Virus record (IMG/VR): IMGVR_UViG_3300046171_000026
Location: 1-54,497 of that record
Direction: 5' to 3' (one strand)
Source: a virus
Taxonomy: Duplodnaviria; Caudoviricetes
DNA length: 54,497 bases
In this document: positions 37,620 through 47,011 of the stretch, piece after piece
Layout: every line of letters starts with the position of its first letter
Numbering within the stretch: position 1 is the first letter of the stretch
Program-made: the position numbers and the translations under genes
Notes under the pieces: generated by a model
The model's database searches: none
The model's input: the letters and a program-made list of their open reading frames with translations, nothing else
Told to the model about the DNA's origin: nothing

Positions 37620-38349
37620 ACTTTCTCCTTACTGTATTATACTCAATCATCTCAAGATCATACTCTCCTTTGTCTACATTACGTTTAACTACAAGTCCAC
37701 TCCACCACATTTGCTGTGTAGCTTTAGCATAGTTTTCCTTATGATGCAAGTAACATCCTGCAGATAATCCCATAAGTTTTTTACCAGAAGGCAACGCACA
37801 CATAGCATAATCAAATGTATGTATATGACCTACAGTAGAAGATACTTTATTTTTTATTAATAAAGAACGAGCAACATTGTCACCACTGATAGGCTTACCC
37901 ATGACACCAGTAGGATAATTGTGGCAGTAATATACACCATCCACAACAACGGGCTTCTGATACTCATGTACCTCCCAACCAAACTTTTCAAATTTAAAAT
38001 CGTCTGTACTAATTGTGCCTTCAAGTTCTGGTATCTCATCTACTGTTCTATCTATCCTATCTTCGTGATTACCAAGTAACATGATTTTTCTTGGTCGTCT
38101 TCCATTAAGACCTTTGTTAAATTTTTCCAATGCATCATGAACATGGTTTATATCTTTCTTATATCTTCTACCTTCAAATGATTTCTTACCTTTATCATAA
38201 CTAGATAGTGAATCCATACTTGCAAAGTCACCCATGCATACTATGGTATTTGGTTTCAGATCATGTGCAAATTTACCTGCCCATAAAAATCTGTCATTGC
38301 TTGCCTTTGGAGTACAATGAGGGTCTCCTATTACTAAATGTGTTGACAT
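37606..38349 (-). CDS. Calcineurin-like metallophosphoesterase
   Basis: GDPH, GDF, GNHE, H and GHIH metal-binding motifs. Confidence 0.9.
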   Translation of the reverse strand: MSTHLVIGDPHCTPKASNDRFLWAGKFAHDLKPNTIVCMGDFASMDSLSSYDKGKKSFEGRRYKKDINHVHDALEKFNKGLNGRRPRKIMLLGNHEDRIDRTVDEIPELEGTISTDDFKFEKFGWEVHEYQKPVVVDGVYYCHNYPTGVMGKPISGDNVARSLLIKNKVSSTVGHIHTFDYAMCALPSGKKLMGLSAGCYLHHKENYAKATQQMWWSGLVVKRNVDKGEYDLEMIEYNTVRRKYGKR

Positions 38350-38690
38350 TAGTTCAACTCCTTATCACGTTTGTTTTTTAAGTATTCAATAAAATCAATA
38401 ACATTATCTTCACTATCAAACTCTGCTACAGAATTAATAGCTAGATCTTTTTTGTTATCTTTCTTATCATCTGCAAACCCACGTAGTCCATACATAAATG
38501 TAGTCTGAGGGTCTGATGTTGCCATTTTAATCATACCTCTTGCAATAGTAGAACATAACTCATACTGTTCTGTTGTCATTGCGGCTTTACTATCCATAAC
38601 TATTCCACAAGTAAAGCCTTTATCCCAAGGTGTAACTAAAACTTTTATTGCATTCTCTGCATTAAACTTTTTCTTTCTCATTTGTACCAA
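38349..38690 (-). CDS. Hypothetical protein
   Basis: Packed ORF. Confidence 0.7.
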   Translation of the reverse strand: MVQMRKKKFNAENAIKVLVTPWDKGFTCGIVMDSKAAMTTEQYELCSTIARGMIKMATSDPQTTFMYGLRGFADDKKDNKKDLAINSVAEFDSEDNVIDFIEYLKNKRDKELN

Positions 38691-38890
38691 TACCTTTCAT
38701 GGTTGTCTTCATTATACTCAACTACCTTATGTTCAAATCCTCTTTTCATACTCTTTCTACCAAATTCTTCTGCAGTCTTTTCATTATCAAATAAAACATT
38801 TGTAAACATTTTGTAGTCCTTATCTTTTTTATTTTTATATAATACAAAATACAGCATCATAAGTACAAGGGTGGAAAATAGACCCCTCAA
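38678..38890 (-). CDS. Small hypothetical protein (start probably at the internal ATGATG near 38860)
   Basis: ORF track; overlaps the next gene. Confidence 0.5.
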   Translation of the reverse strand: MRGLFSTLVLMMLYFVLYKNKKDKDYKMFTNVLFDNEKTAEEFGRKSMKRGFEHKVVEYNEDNHERYWYK

Positions 38891-38922
38891 AACTACTCCC
38901 CACCCAGTTAAAGTTACAATCT

Positions 38923-39806
38923 CTATTCAAAAGTTTCCTCTTTCTTAGGATTGTTTACTTCAGTGTACCAAACCCACTTAGGGTTCTTGCCTTGCGATTG
39001 TTGTTGTGGTAACAATTGCAATTTACTTCCCCAACAAGGAAGCTTGTATGGGCAAAATGTACAAGCCATGCCCAAAACTTTATTACCTGTTTTCTTAGTA
39101 CGGAATGTTTCTTCTATATCTTTAAAGCATCTTTTAAAAGGTACTTTATTTTCAATAGCTGTTATGTTTTCTTCTGCACTAGCTAACGCTTTAACTCTGT
39201 ATTCGTTATCATCTATAGGAGTTTCACATACTGTCCACTCACCTGTAGATTTATTAATTACAATCCATCCACCAAAAGGCATCTTCTCACTTTCACTATA
39301 AAGATATCCTTGAGGTACATATCCAAACGCATCGTCTTTTGCAACCTCTTCAAATCCACTTCCAAATTTTTATCAAATGAATATGGTGATGCACTTTTAA
39401 TATCCCACACTTTCTCATCAATCTTAACATCAAGCCTGCCTTCAATTTCTGATTCTTTAAATTTAAGTTTAACTTTTTTCTGTTCATCTTTTACTTCTAC
39501 CCCTGCTGATTTCATTACAAATATAGCCAATGCCTCAACAAGATCACCAAAAGTATTTCTCATCTTAACATTGTATGGCTGACCTTCACCCTTTACATTC
39601 TTTGCCTCCATCTGCAATTGACATAATGGTCTACCTATACTTGACATTCTTGGTTTAAAGCCCTCTCGTCTTTGCTCAGAGAACTGTTTGCGTAAGGCAC
39701 TTTTACATGCCTCACCAAACTCTTCTACTAGTGTATCAGATATATCAATAGATTCTTTATTGCATTTATCTAAATACGTTTGAACTTTTAGAAGTATATC
39801 GTTCAT
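38923..39806 (-). CDS. PD-(D/E)XK (Cas4-like) exonuclease, split by a frameshift near 39366-39371
   Basis: RMSSIGRP.CQL, G..D..ID...WDIKS and C-terminal C.FCPYK..CW; adding one A to the A-run restores FDKKFGSGFEEVAKDDAFGYVPQGYLY..MPFGGW. Confidence 0.8.
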
Positions 39807-40655
39807 TATGATGCCAACACATCTACAGGATCTTCAACTTGATCCACAACTTTCTTCATATCTTTATCAGATGAATCATAGTTGCTCTTCTTTGCAGCTT
39901 TATATAGATCTATCACTTCTGTATTTTCTTTAGTGATAACTTCTTGAAATACTCCAAGAGTTTCCATATCTTCTTTTGACATCTCTAAGCCAGCATCAGC
40001 ATTAACAGCAATCTCTGGTGTGTAATAAACATTACCACCTTTTTTCTGTCTCTTAGTATCTACTGATAGTGTAGTAGTAAACATAAGTTTTTTACGTTTA
40101 GTTATCTGGTCTAACGCAGAGCCAACTGGAGCAAATGCTGTACCTGTAACCCTCCATAGAGCAGGCAAATTAGAAACAGTGTGTTCTTCGCCATTTGCTT
40201 TTACTCCTTTAAATGATAACAGACCATACAATAATCTATAACATCTTATTGTTCTTTGTTCTGCTAGTTGTTCTGGTGTTAAAGATTCCCTATCTTTAAA
40301 CGGAACCTTACCACACTTTGTACCTCCAAGTATATCTACAGCTTCTTCTTTCCAATTCTTGAAAATAATAGATCTGTTTGTCATACTCAGATTTATCTGG
40401 ATCATAGTGCATGTATTGCATTGCACTTATGAATGGTCTAAATGTAACTGGCTTACCATATACATTCTGACCTACACTAGAATCAAAAGTAAATAAATTA
40501 CCAACAGGTAATTGATTACCTTCATCATCTTCTGGTGATCTGTTGATGCCAAGTCTAGGAATATTTACTCCTTTACTTGAGCCATCATCTTGCCCAATCG
40601 CTTCCATAATTTGCTCTTGGGACATTTCGTTTATATTTGTTATGTTATTATCCAT
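39806..40655 (-). CDS. Single-stranded DNA-binding protein (putative), split by a frameshift near 40381
   Basis: Two overlapping ORFs join as ...DKSEY/TNRSIIFK...; acidic C-terminus; lies between exonuclease and polymerase; own promoter and AGGAGG RBS. Confidence 0.62.
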
Positions 40656-40680
40656 AATAACCTCCTTAATTATTGATTTG

Positions 40681-40709
40681 CTTATACCACATTTTTACTA
40701 ATTTGTCAA
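40681..40709 (-). promoter_or_regulatory. sigma70-type promoter
   Basis: TTGACA-17 nt-TATAAG with extended -10 TG. Confidence 0.72.
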
Positions 40710-40792
40710 GTGTTATTTTTTGTATGGTGGATAAAAAATATCGCATATCCATAATAAAACAATCACTATAAAACCAGTGCCTAATAATATTT

Positions 40793-41014
40793 CTAGCATA
40801 CTTTAGTCTCTCCTTCAGTAATCTCGTATTCTAAATCTTCTAAACGAGCAAACCACATTAAATAACTTTGTAGTTCTTCATGTTCATTTATATATAATAT
40901 TGTAGGTTTAGCATCACACTGTGCTTTTAAATCTTGTAGCATATCATAAGCTTCTTCTTGCTCATCATCAGCATAGTCTTCCCACAACTCTTTGTCTAGT
41001 AGAGGTATACTCAT
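40793..41014 (-). CDS. Acidic hypothetical protein
   Basis: AGGAG RBS, TAATG coupling. Confidence 0.7.
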   Translation of the reverse strand: MSIPLLDKELWEDYADDEQEEAYDMLQDLKAQCDAKPTILYINEHEELQSYLMWFARLEDLEYEITEGETKVC

Positions 41015-41232
41015 TAGTACTCCTTAGATGTATCTATTGTTATATTACAAGTAGTCTCACCACAAAATCTGTGACCTTGATCTTCTTGTAAACTTTGTAA
41101 AAACTTGGATAAGTCTTTAGATTGAATGCCATCATCAAAGTTAAACTCTGATAATGTAGCATTCTTTTTTTCTTTACCACCACGTTCATACTTAGTACCT
41201 ATTACTTTTATTTTAGTTTTTTCTATATACAT
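41014..41232 (-). CDS. Hypothetical protein
   Basis: AGGAG RBS. Confidence 0.7.
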   Translation of the reverse strand: MYIEKTKIKVIGTKYERGGKEKKNATLSEFNFDDGIQSKDLSKFLQSLQEDQGHRFCGETTCNITIDTSKEY

Positions 41233-41244
41233 ATTACTCCTATA

Positions 41245-41472
41245 TTAAAATGGTATACTATCATCATCGTAGACTTCTTTAGTCAAGACTGGTATATCAA
41301 TTGTTTGCACAAAATAAGATGTTGTGTTTTCATCTTTTGCTTTCGCAACGTCATTAAGTTTATCAGATATATCTAAAGCATCGCTATAGTTATCCATGAC
41401 TAACTCAATTGTTATTAGTGGTTTAATGTGGCTAAACCTCACCATCTTTAGTATTAGATTTGTTTGTGTCAT
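41245..41472 (-). CDS. Hypothetical protein (acidic DDSIPF tail)
   Basis: GGAGG RBS; C-terminus resembles the SSB interaction tip DDDIPF. Confidence 0.65.
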   Translation of the reverse strand: MTQTNLILKMVRFSHIKPLITIELVMDNYSDALDISDKLNDVAKAKDENTTSYFVQTIDIPVLTKEVYDDDSIPF

Positions 41473-41660
41473 TAGACCTCCTCTATTAAATCTACTTCTA
41501 TATTTTCCATACCATGTAGTTCTGGCTCATCTTCTCTAGCCTCAAAATATTTATCATCGTGAGTTTCAAAAAGAGTTTTAGCATGTTCTTTTGAGTCAGC
41601 TTCAACTATTACACTTTCCCAAATATCGGCTGTGTAATTTACTTTATATCGTTTAGTCAT
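41472..41660 (-). CDS. Small acidic protein (Y.V.....V.A.S.E.A motif)
   Basis: AGGAGG RBS; common small phage fold. Confidence 0.65.
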   Translation of the reverse strand: MTKRYKVNYTADIWESVIVEADSKEHAKTLFETHDDKYFEAREDEPELHGMENIEVDLIEEV

Positions 41661-43698
41661 TGGTTTGTACCTCCTTCATATTTAACCAATCATATCCCAT
41701 TTTGATCTCTGTGTCAAGTGGAACATTAAAGTTTATTCCATAATACTCTTTCAATGCAGGTATTACAGATGCTGTACCCTCGTCAAATATTCTACTCATT
41801 ACAGCTTCTTCTCCAGGATAAACATCAGCCACAATAGAATCGTGAACTGTGTTAATAAGTAAACTCTTTACCTTTTGCTCATTCATTAGTTTATATATTT
41901 TTATACATGCTAATGGTACAATGTCAGCAGTAGCTAAACCTTGTACAGGATAATTTTTTATTTGAGTACCATAACTAGATCCACCCCATGGCATACGTTC
42001 TGCATATGGAAATGCATACTCTCTACCTGTAGGTAACTTAATTCTTTTATAAGTTATAGCTTGAGTTTGTAACTCATCATGCCATTTAGTTATGCCTTTA
42101 TATTTTTCTGCAAATGTTTTATAGTATTTCTTTTCATCATCTGTACCTGTTGTACCACCATACAAAGGTTTAAATGTATGTGCCTTTGCATCTTGTCTTG
42201 ATACGCCAATTACATCTGCAGTAAATTTATGTACATCTATTTTATTTTTTATATCTGCCATACCTTGCTCATCTTGTGCAAGAAATACTGCAGTTCTAAA
42301 CTCTAGCTGTGCAAAGTCTACTTCTATAATCTGCCCACCTTCAAATCTAGATTGTATAACTTTACGTATTGGAAACGTACCACCTCTAGGTTGGTTTTGA
42401 AAGTTAGGATCACGACTAGATAGTCTGCCTGTAGCTGTTACTGCTTGCATAAATTTAGGATGTAGTAATCCATTATCATTTGTAAAGTTTTGTAATCCCT
42501 CTACAAAAGTATTTAGATATGTAGAGATAGCATTGTGCCTAAGTATAGCATCAATAAATTCTCTAAACTCTCCTTCAGCTTCTCCTGCAATTTTATTTAA
42601 TGTAAGTCTATCTGTTTTAAATCCAGAGTCTGATACATCATATACACTTCTAGGTCTTTGATTAAACCCTGCAAGTTTAGCCATCTTAGCATATACAAAT
42701 CCTTCACCATTACATTCATCACACTTACTATATTTTTTATATGGTGTACCATCTACTTTAACTTTTCTTATTACACCTTTACCTGCACAATGTAAACATT
42801 GACTGGCAATTGTTTTGTGTATAGGCTCAGAGTTATTAGCTACTAGTGTTCTAAACTGTGCAAAAGAAAACTTAGGTCTTTTTTTATTTTTCTTTGTAAA
42901 TTTATCTACACCTGTATTAAATATCTTAGCCCACTCATGCTTGTCTTTAGGTTTCTTAGAATAGATTAACCATGATAATTGTTCTGGACTACCTAGATTA
43001 ATCTTAGTATCACCCATCTTATCATATACAATCTTATCTATCTTTTGTTTTAGATATGCAAACTCTGCTCTGTATTCTTTTTCTACTTGTTTAAGATCAT
43101 CTAAGTTTACATTTATACCATTACGTTCCATATCAGTAAGCACAATTAAAAACTCATTCATAACTTTTATTGTCTTTAACAAACCTTTATGTTTATCTGT
43201 TCTTAAGTCTGCCATTTGTGAATCAAACAATTGTCTAGTAATAGCTACGTCTATCTTACCATACTGCTCTACAATTTCTGCAGGTATATTTTCAAATGAT
43301 ACTCCTCTGTCCATATATTCTTTTACTGCATCATCTTTAGCGTCTAGCTTTCTTCTTTGACAACACATAAGAAGTGTTAAACTTTTTCTTACACCACGAT
43401 TAAGTACATACTCTGCTATCATTGTATCATATACATTGCCATCGTATTTGAATCCTGCTTCAAGTAACCAACTTAAATCAAATTTAATGTTATGACCTAC
43501 AAGTATTTTAGTTTCATCTAGTATCTTTTGTATCTTATGAAAACATCCTTCATCTATTCTTTCACTGTGATTAGTAAAATAATATTCATCATTAATACCT
43601 ACACTAACTAATATATTGTTAGGATTAAATGGTGATGGATCAAACCCACCTGCCTCTGTTTTTTGATAAGATGTTTCTACATCTATTGTTGTTATCAT
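41653..43698 (-). CDS. polA: Family A DNA polymerase with DnaJ zinc-finger insertion
   Basis: Exo motifs DVET, HN.KFD, YGKID; TATGRLSS; motif A DFAQLEFR; motif B AKAHTFKPLYG; NYPVQG; motif C VHDS; two CXXCXGXG repeats. Confidence 0.96.
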   Translation of the reverse strand: MITTIDVETSYQKTEAGGFDPSPFNPNNILVSVGINDEYYFTNHSERIDEGCFHKIQKILDETKILVGHNIKFDLSWLLEAGFKYDGNVYDTMIAEYVLNRGVRKSLTLLMCCQRRKLDAKDDAVKEYMDRGVSFENIPAEIVEQYGKIDVAITRQLFDSQMADLRTDKHKGLLKTIKVMNEFLIVLTDMERNGINVNLDDLKQVEKEYRAEFAYLKQKIDKIVYDKMGDTKINLGSPEQLSWLIYSKKPKDKHEWAKIFNTGVDKFTKKNKKRPKFSFAQFRTLVANNSEPIHKTIASQCLHCAGKGVIRKVKVDGTPYKKYSKCDECNGEGFVYAKMAKLAGFNQRPRSVYDVSDSGFKTDRLTLNKIAGEAEGEFREFIDAILRHNAISTYLNTFVEGLQNFTNDNGLLHPKFMQAVTATGRLSSRDPNFQNQPRGGTFPIRKVIQSRFEGGQIIEVDFAQLEFRTAVFLAQDEQGMADIKNKIDVHKFTADVIGVSRQDAKAHTFKPLYGGTTGTDDEKKYYKTFAEKYKGITKWHDELQTQAITYKRIKLPTGREYAFPYAERMPWGGSSYGTQIKNYPVQGLATADIVPLACIKIYKLMNEQKVKSLLINTVHDSIVADVYPGEEAVMSRIFDEGTASVIPALKEYYGINFNVPLDTEIKMGYDWLNMKEVQTND

Positions 43699-43711
43699 AT
43701 TTGCCTTTCCG

Positions 43712-44926
43712 TTAATCTGTAAATCTACTTATGTATTTATCTAACAAGCAAGATGGATCTCCATGCCAACCTGTTATTTTATTTTTACTTATGTTTAATA
43801 CTCTACTGTTATTAGTAGGATCATTAGATGCTCTATTACCAATACCAATAATTAAATCTGCTTCAGCTGCCTTACCTGTTTTAGAGTTCTCCATCATATC
43901 AAATGATATATGATCTCTGTTGTGTGCATCTGCTGATGCCTGTGATATAGCAATGACAACACATTCTCTTCTCTTTGCTATCTCTCTTGCACTTGTATAG
44001 ATTGCTCGTAACTTTTCATCTGTCCGTGCATATGTACCTTTCATATTTACTTTGTCTAACTGATCTATAACAATAATATCTGGTTTGTGTTTCTCACAAT
44101 GACTATCAATATCATCCATAGACCAATCAACTGTATCAATCATTTTAATATTATCTTTTATTTTAATCCATTCCTCATGTGCCTTATCAACATCTTCTAC
44201 AATTTGTTCTTTGTTAAGTCCTGTAAAAGAACTGATGGCTCTCATCTGTGTACGCACTGCAGGTTCCTCATTTATAAATGCGTGTACCTTTGCACCTTGT
44301 TCAGCAAATCCATATGGTGCTGATACAAGACTTACCCAAAACGCAGTCTTACCTGTCTCTGGTCTAGCAAATGCAATCATTAAATTTCCTGGACCAATTC
44401 CACCTATATTATTTTTTAGTACAGATAAATTAAAACTCCATTTACTTACAACATTTAACTCATCAAGTAGTTCAGTAATATTATTTGTTACTGCTTCTAA
44501 TTTTTCTGTAGGTAATCCTGTCTTATGCTTTTCAATTAGATTAGTAATCATATTAAAATCTGCAGGCTTACCATTAAATATTTCTGTAGCTTCAATTGCT
44601 ATCTTCTGTGCAACATCTCTTTCAATTAATATTTTAATTATGTCATCTGCTATTTCTTTTGATGGCTCTTGTGTTTCTTTTATATCTTCAAGTAATTCAC
44701 TAAACTGTTCTTTCGCTGCTCGTGTTAATGCAGGATTAAATACAGTAGTATGCAGAGAATATAACTCATCAATACTTATATCAGCATCATACTTCTCATG
44801 TGCTTTTTGTATTGTGTCATACAAAGAACCAAAGCTACCTTGAAATACATTACGAGATACTTGACCTTTATACTCTGTATAAAAATTTTTATCTAACATT
44901 AATTTTATTATTTGTTTTTCTATCAT
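43712..44926 (-). CDS. DnaB-like (SF4) replicative helicase
   Basis: Walker A ARPETGKT, IIVIDQL, AISQA, AEADLIIGI, KNK..G. Confidence 0.9.
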   Translation of the reverse strand: MIEKQIIKLMLDKNFYTEYKGQVSRNVFQGSFGSLYDTIQKAHEKYDADISIDELYSLHTTVFNPALTRAAKEQFSELLEDIKETQEPSKEIADDIIKILIERDVAQKIAIEATEIFNGKPADFNMITNLIEKHKTGLPTEKLEAVTNNITELLDELNVVSKWSFNLSVLKNNIGGIGPGNLMIAFARPETGKTAFWVSLVSAPYGFAEQGAKVHAFINEEPAVRTQMRAISSFTGLNKEQIVEDVDKAHEEWIKIKDNIKMIDTVDWSMDDIDSHCEKHKPDIIVIDQLDKVNMKGTYARTDEKLRAIYTSAREIAKRRECVVIAISQASADAHNRDHISFDMMENSKTGKAAEADLIIGIGNRASNDPTNNSRVLNISKNKITGWHGDPSCLLDKYISRFTD

Positions 44927-45129
44927 CTACATTCCTTAATTTTTTTTGTGTTATAATAATAATTATAATTATTTCCCTCTCCTATTTTTTTAAAATTTTT
45001 ATTAATCCAGTTATCAGCTTGATCCCAATAATCAAATTCTTTTATAATAATATCTTCATCATGTATATTATTACAAACAAAAACTTTATCACATAAAGTT
45101 ATACTTAATCTGTATAATTTTTCTATCAT
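44923..45129 (-). CDS. Hypothetical protein
   Basis: ATGA overlaps with neighbours. Confidence 0.55.
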   Translation of the reverse strand: MIEKLYRLSITLCDKVFVCNNIHDEDIIIKEFDYWDQADNWINKNFKKIGEGNNYNYYYNTKKIKECR

Positions 45130-45296
45130 CTTCTTTTAACTGCTTTCTGCAATTGTAGTTGCTCTTCTAAAATTGCTGTTATCATATCTAATTTACTTTG
45201 ATCTCTTGTATTCCATTCACTCTTATTCATATCTTCAATATCATACTTCCAACTATTCCAATCATCTAATATTTCTTGCATCATTTCTTCAGTCAT
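45126..45296 (-). CDS. Small hypothetical protein (56 aa)
   Basis: GAGGAG RBS; MTEEMMQEILDDWNSWKY... Confidence 0.55.
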   Translation of the reverse strand: MTEEMMQEILDDWNSWKYDIEDMNKSEWNTRDQSKLDMITAILEEQLQLQKAVKRR

Positions 45297-46017
45297 TAAA
45301 CATCTCCTCTATATCCTTTGTTCCATAATATTTTAAATCATCTTCTAAAGTTTTAACATGAACATTCTTAATACCATAAGATTTAAGTTCATTAGCAATA
45401 GCAAATGATTTAGTTGTTGCATCTCGATCTAACCCTATATACAATTTTTTGTATTGTGTCAAGTGTTTCTTATGAGATTCTTTTAATGATGTACCCATCA
45501 AAGCTATGCCAGTTAGTACATTAGATACTGCACAAGCAGAGGCACAGTCTTCTACAAGTATAGCCTCCTTATGTTCTGTCAACCCACAAGTAAATGGTAC
45601 ATCTTTATTACCATACATATACCATTTAGGATAGACTTTAGAATTTAATCCTCTACCTACTGCACCTACAATCTCATCTGTCTCTGGGTCTTTAACACAA
45701 AAGACTACTCTGTTCTGTGCTATGTCAAACTTTATTGTTGCTCTACCCCAACTCCATGCTTCCCAACAATTATTTTTATGTAGGTACTTCATTGCTTTTT
45801 CATCTGAGTATACAGATGTAAAACTATCTGGTATTTCAAATGTTAAATTTTGTATTTCTTCTTTCTGTTTAAATGTATCTGTTACATAACTCATATTCTT
45901 TTCTCCTTGATATTTACCTTTGGCATTACATGATGCATGAAAACAATACCAACTAAGATTGTTGGCTGATGTGTCTACTGATAAAGTATTTTTACCAGAA
46001 CAAAAAGGGCAGTCCAT
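45289..46017 (-). CDS. DNA primase (zinc-binding domain plus TOPRIM); may start at CTG 46083
   Basis: CPFC...YCF..SC zinc finger; LVED, GLDRDA and DLK TOPRIM motifs. Confidence 0.88.
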   Translation of the reverse strand: MDCPFCSGKNTLSVDTSANNLSWYCFHASCNAKGKYQGEKNMSYVTDTFKQKEEIQNLTFEIPDSFTSVYSDEKAMKYLHKNNCWEAWSWGRATIKFDIAQNRVVFCVKDPETDEIVGAVGRGLNSKVYPKWYMYGNKDVPFTCGLTEHKEAILVEDCASACAVSNVLTGIALMGTSLKESHKKHLTQYKKLYIGLDRDATTKSFAIANELKSYGIKNVHVKTLEDDLKYYGTKDIEEMFND

Positions 46018-46072
46018 TCTAACAGATGTATCTGGTGGAATGAATAGCCCTTCTATTACTGCTAGCTGTTGT

Positions 46073-46294
46073 TTATAATTCAGTTGGCATTTCCTCGTAT
46101 GTTATTGTGTACTTATCTCTTGCAAAGAAATCACTAGCTTCTATTTTCATTAGTCCTTCATTTAGATATTCAGCAACAGCATTCTCAATCATCTCTATCG
46201 TTGGTTCGTATGGGAATGGTATCAGTGCCTTTGCGTCTATTCCTAGTCCGAAGATTCTTACTTTGTATTTTTTCATCATGATTCTCCTTATCAT
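46073..46294 (-). CDS. Hypothetical protein
   Basis: AGGAG RBS before the internal ATGATG. Confidence 0.65.
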   Translation of the reverse strand: MIRRIMMKKYKVRIFGLGIDAKALIPFPYEPTIEMIENAVAEYLNEGLMKIEASDFFARDKYTITYEEMPTEL

Positions 46295-46353
46295 AGTTGT
46301 CTTTGTTTGTCAAGTTCTTTCGTAATTTTTTATAATAATCTGGGTGTTTAAAC

Positions 46354-46530
46354 TCAAACATCGTTTAGTACATCCTCATCCCATAAGTCAACACTATAAG
46401 ACTTGCCATTTAAATCAAAAGAAAACTGTGTACCCTTACCTTCAAGATAATCCTCATGACCATTTGCTTTGCCACCTAATTCTTTTTCTATTTTATCTAT
46501 TAATTGTTTTCCTATTTCATATGGTATCAT
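46354..46530 (-). CDS. Small hypothetical protein (58 aa)
   Basis: AGGAG RBS; MIPYEIGKQLIDK... Confidence 0.55.
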   Translation of the reverse strand: MIPYEIGKQLIDKIEKELGGKANGHEDYLEGKGTQFSFDLNGKSYSVDLWDEDVLNDV

Positions 46531-46682
46531 TCATTCTCCTTTTCTTCACAGTATTCAGTTAAAAAAGTATCAACAGATGAAGCTGTGTCATCATCTATAT
46601 CTGTAATGGTATCTGTATACCAAGTACCATCTGGTCTTTCCATTGTTGCAACTATAGCCCAACCTGTACATTTATGTTTCAT
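46527..46682 (-). CDS. Small acidic protein (51 aa)
   Basis: GGAG RBS, ATGA overlaps; MKHKCTGWAIVATM... Confidence 0.55.
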   Translation of the reverse strand: MKHKCTGWAIVATMERPDGTWYTDTITDIDDDTASSVDTFLTEYCEEKENE

Positions 46683-46849
46683 TTGCTCTCCTCCTCATCT
46701 GCATATGCTGTTATATAATCTCCGAGATTCATTTTAACCTGCATCATTGCTTCATTACAGGCTTCTCCTTCATCTTCTGCATCAAAAACTAAATCAAAGT
46801 TTTTAACCCATTCCTCATCTACTTCTAATGATACTCTGTATTTTTTCAT
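46679..46849 (-). CDS. Small acidic protein (56 aa)
   Basis: GGAGG RBS; MKKYRVSLEV... Confidence 0.55.
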   Translation of the reverse strand: MKKYRVSLEVDEEWVKNFDLVFDAEDEGEACNEAMMQVKMNLGDYITAYADEEESK

Positions 46850-47010
46850 TCATCCTCCTCATCTTCGTGCCAGAAAACAATATTATTTTCTATATCATGA
46901 TCTGCTTTTGCTAGTTCTTCTTTTGTATAGGTATCTAAATACCCCCAATTTGTATGACCATAATTGTCTCTACAATAATCGTCTATGTATTCACTGTGAT
47001 CTCCTGCCAT
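46846..47010 (-). CDS. Small acidic protein (54 aa)
   Basis: GGAG RBS; MAGDHSEYIDDYC...YGHTNWGY. Confidence 0.55.
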   Translation of the reverse strand: MAGDHSEYIDDYCRDNYGHTNWGYLDTYTKEELAKADHDIENNIVFWHEDEEDE

Positions 47011-47011
47011 A

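Noticed and set aside
39258-39380. Programmed frameshift in the exonuclease
   Set aside because: One missing A in an A-run restores a continuous protein; no canonical slippery heptamer; typical homopolymer error
40308-40426. Two separate genes or a programmed frameshift in the SSB-like gene
   Set aside because: A single extra base near 40381 explains the split; no slippery site seen
44211-44843. 210-aa + strand ORF inside the helicase
   Set aside because: Antisense shadow of a well-supported gene; the same applies to most other opposite-strand ORFs in the track
46285-46313. sigma70 promoter upstream of gene 46073-46294
   Set aside because: TTGACA is present, but the best -10 (TATGAT) is at 12-nt spacing; not supportable
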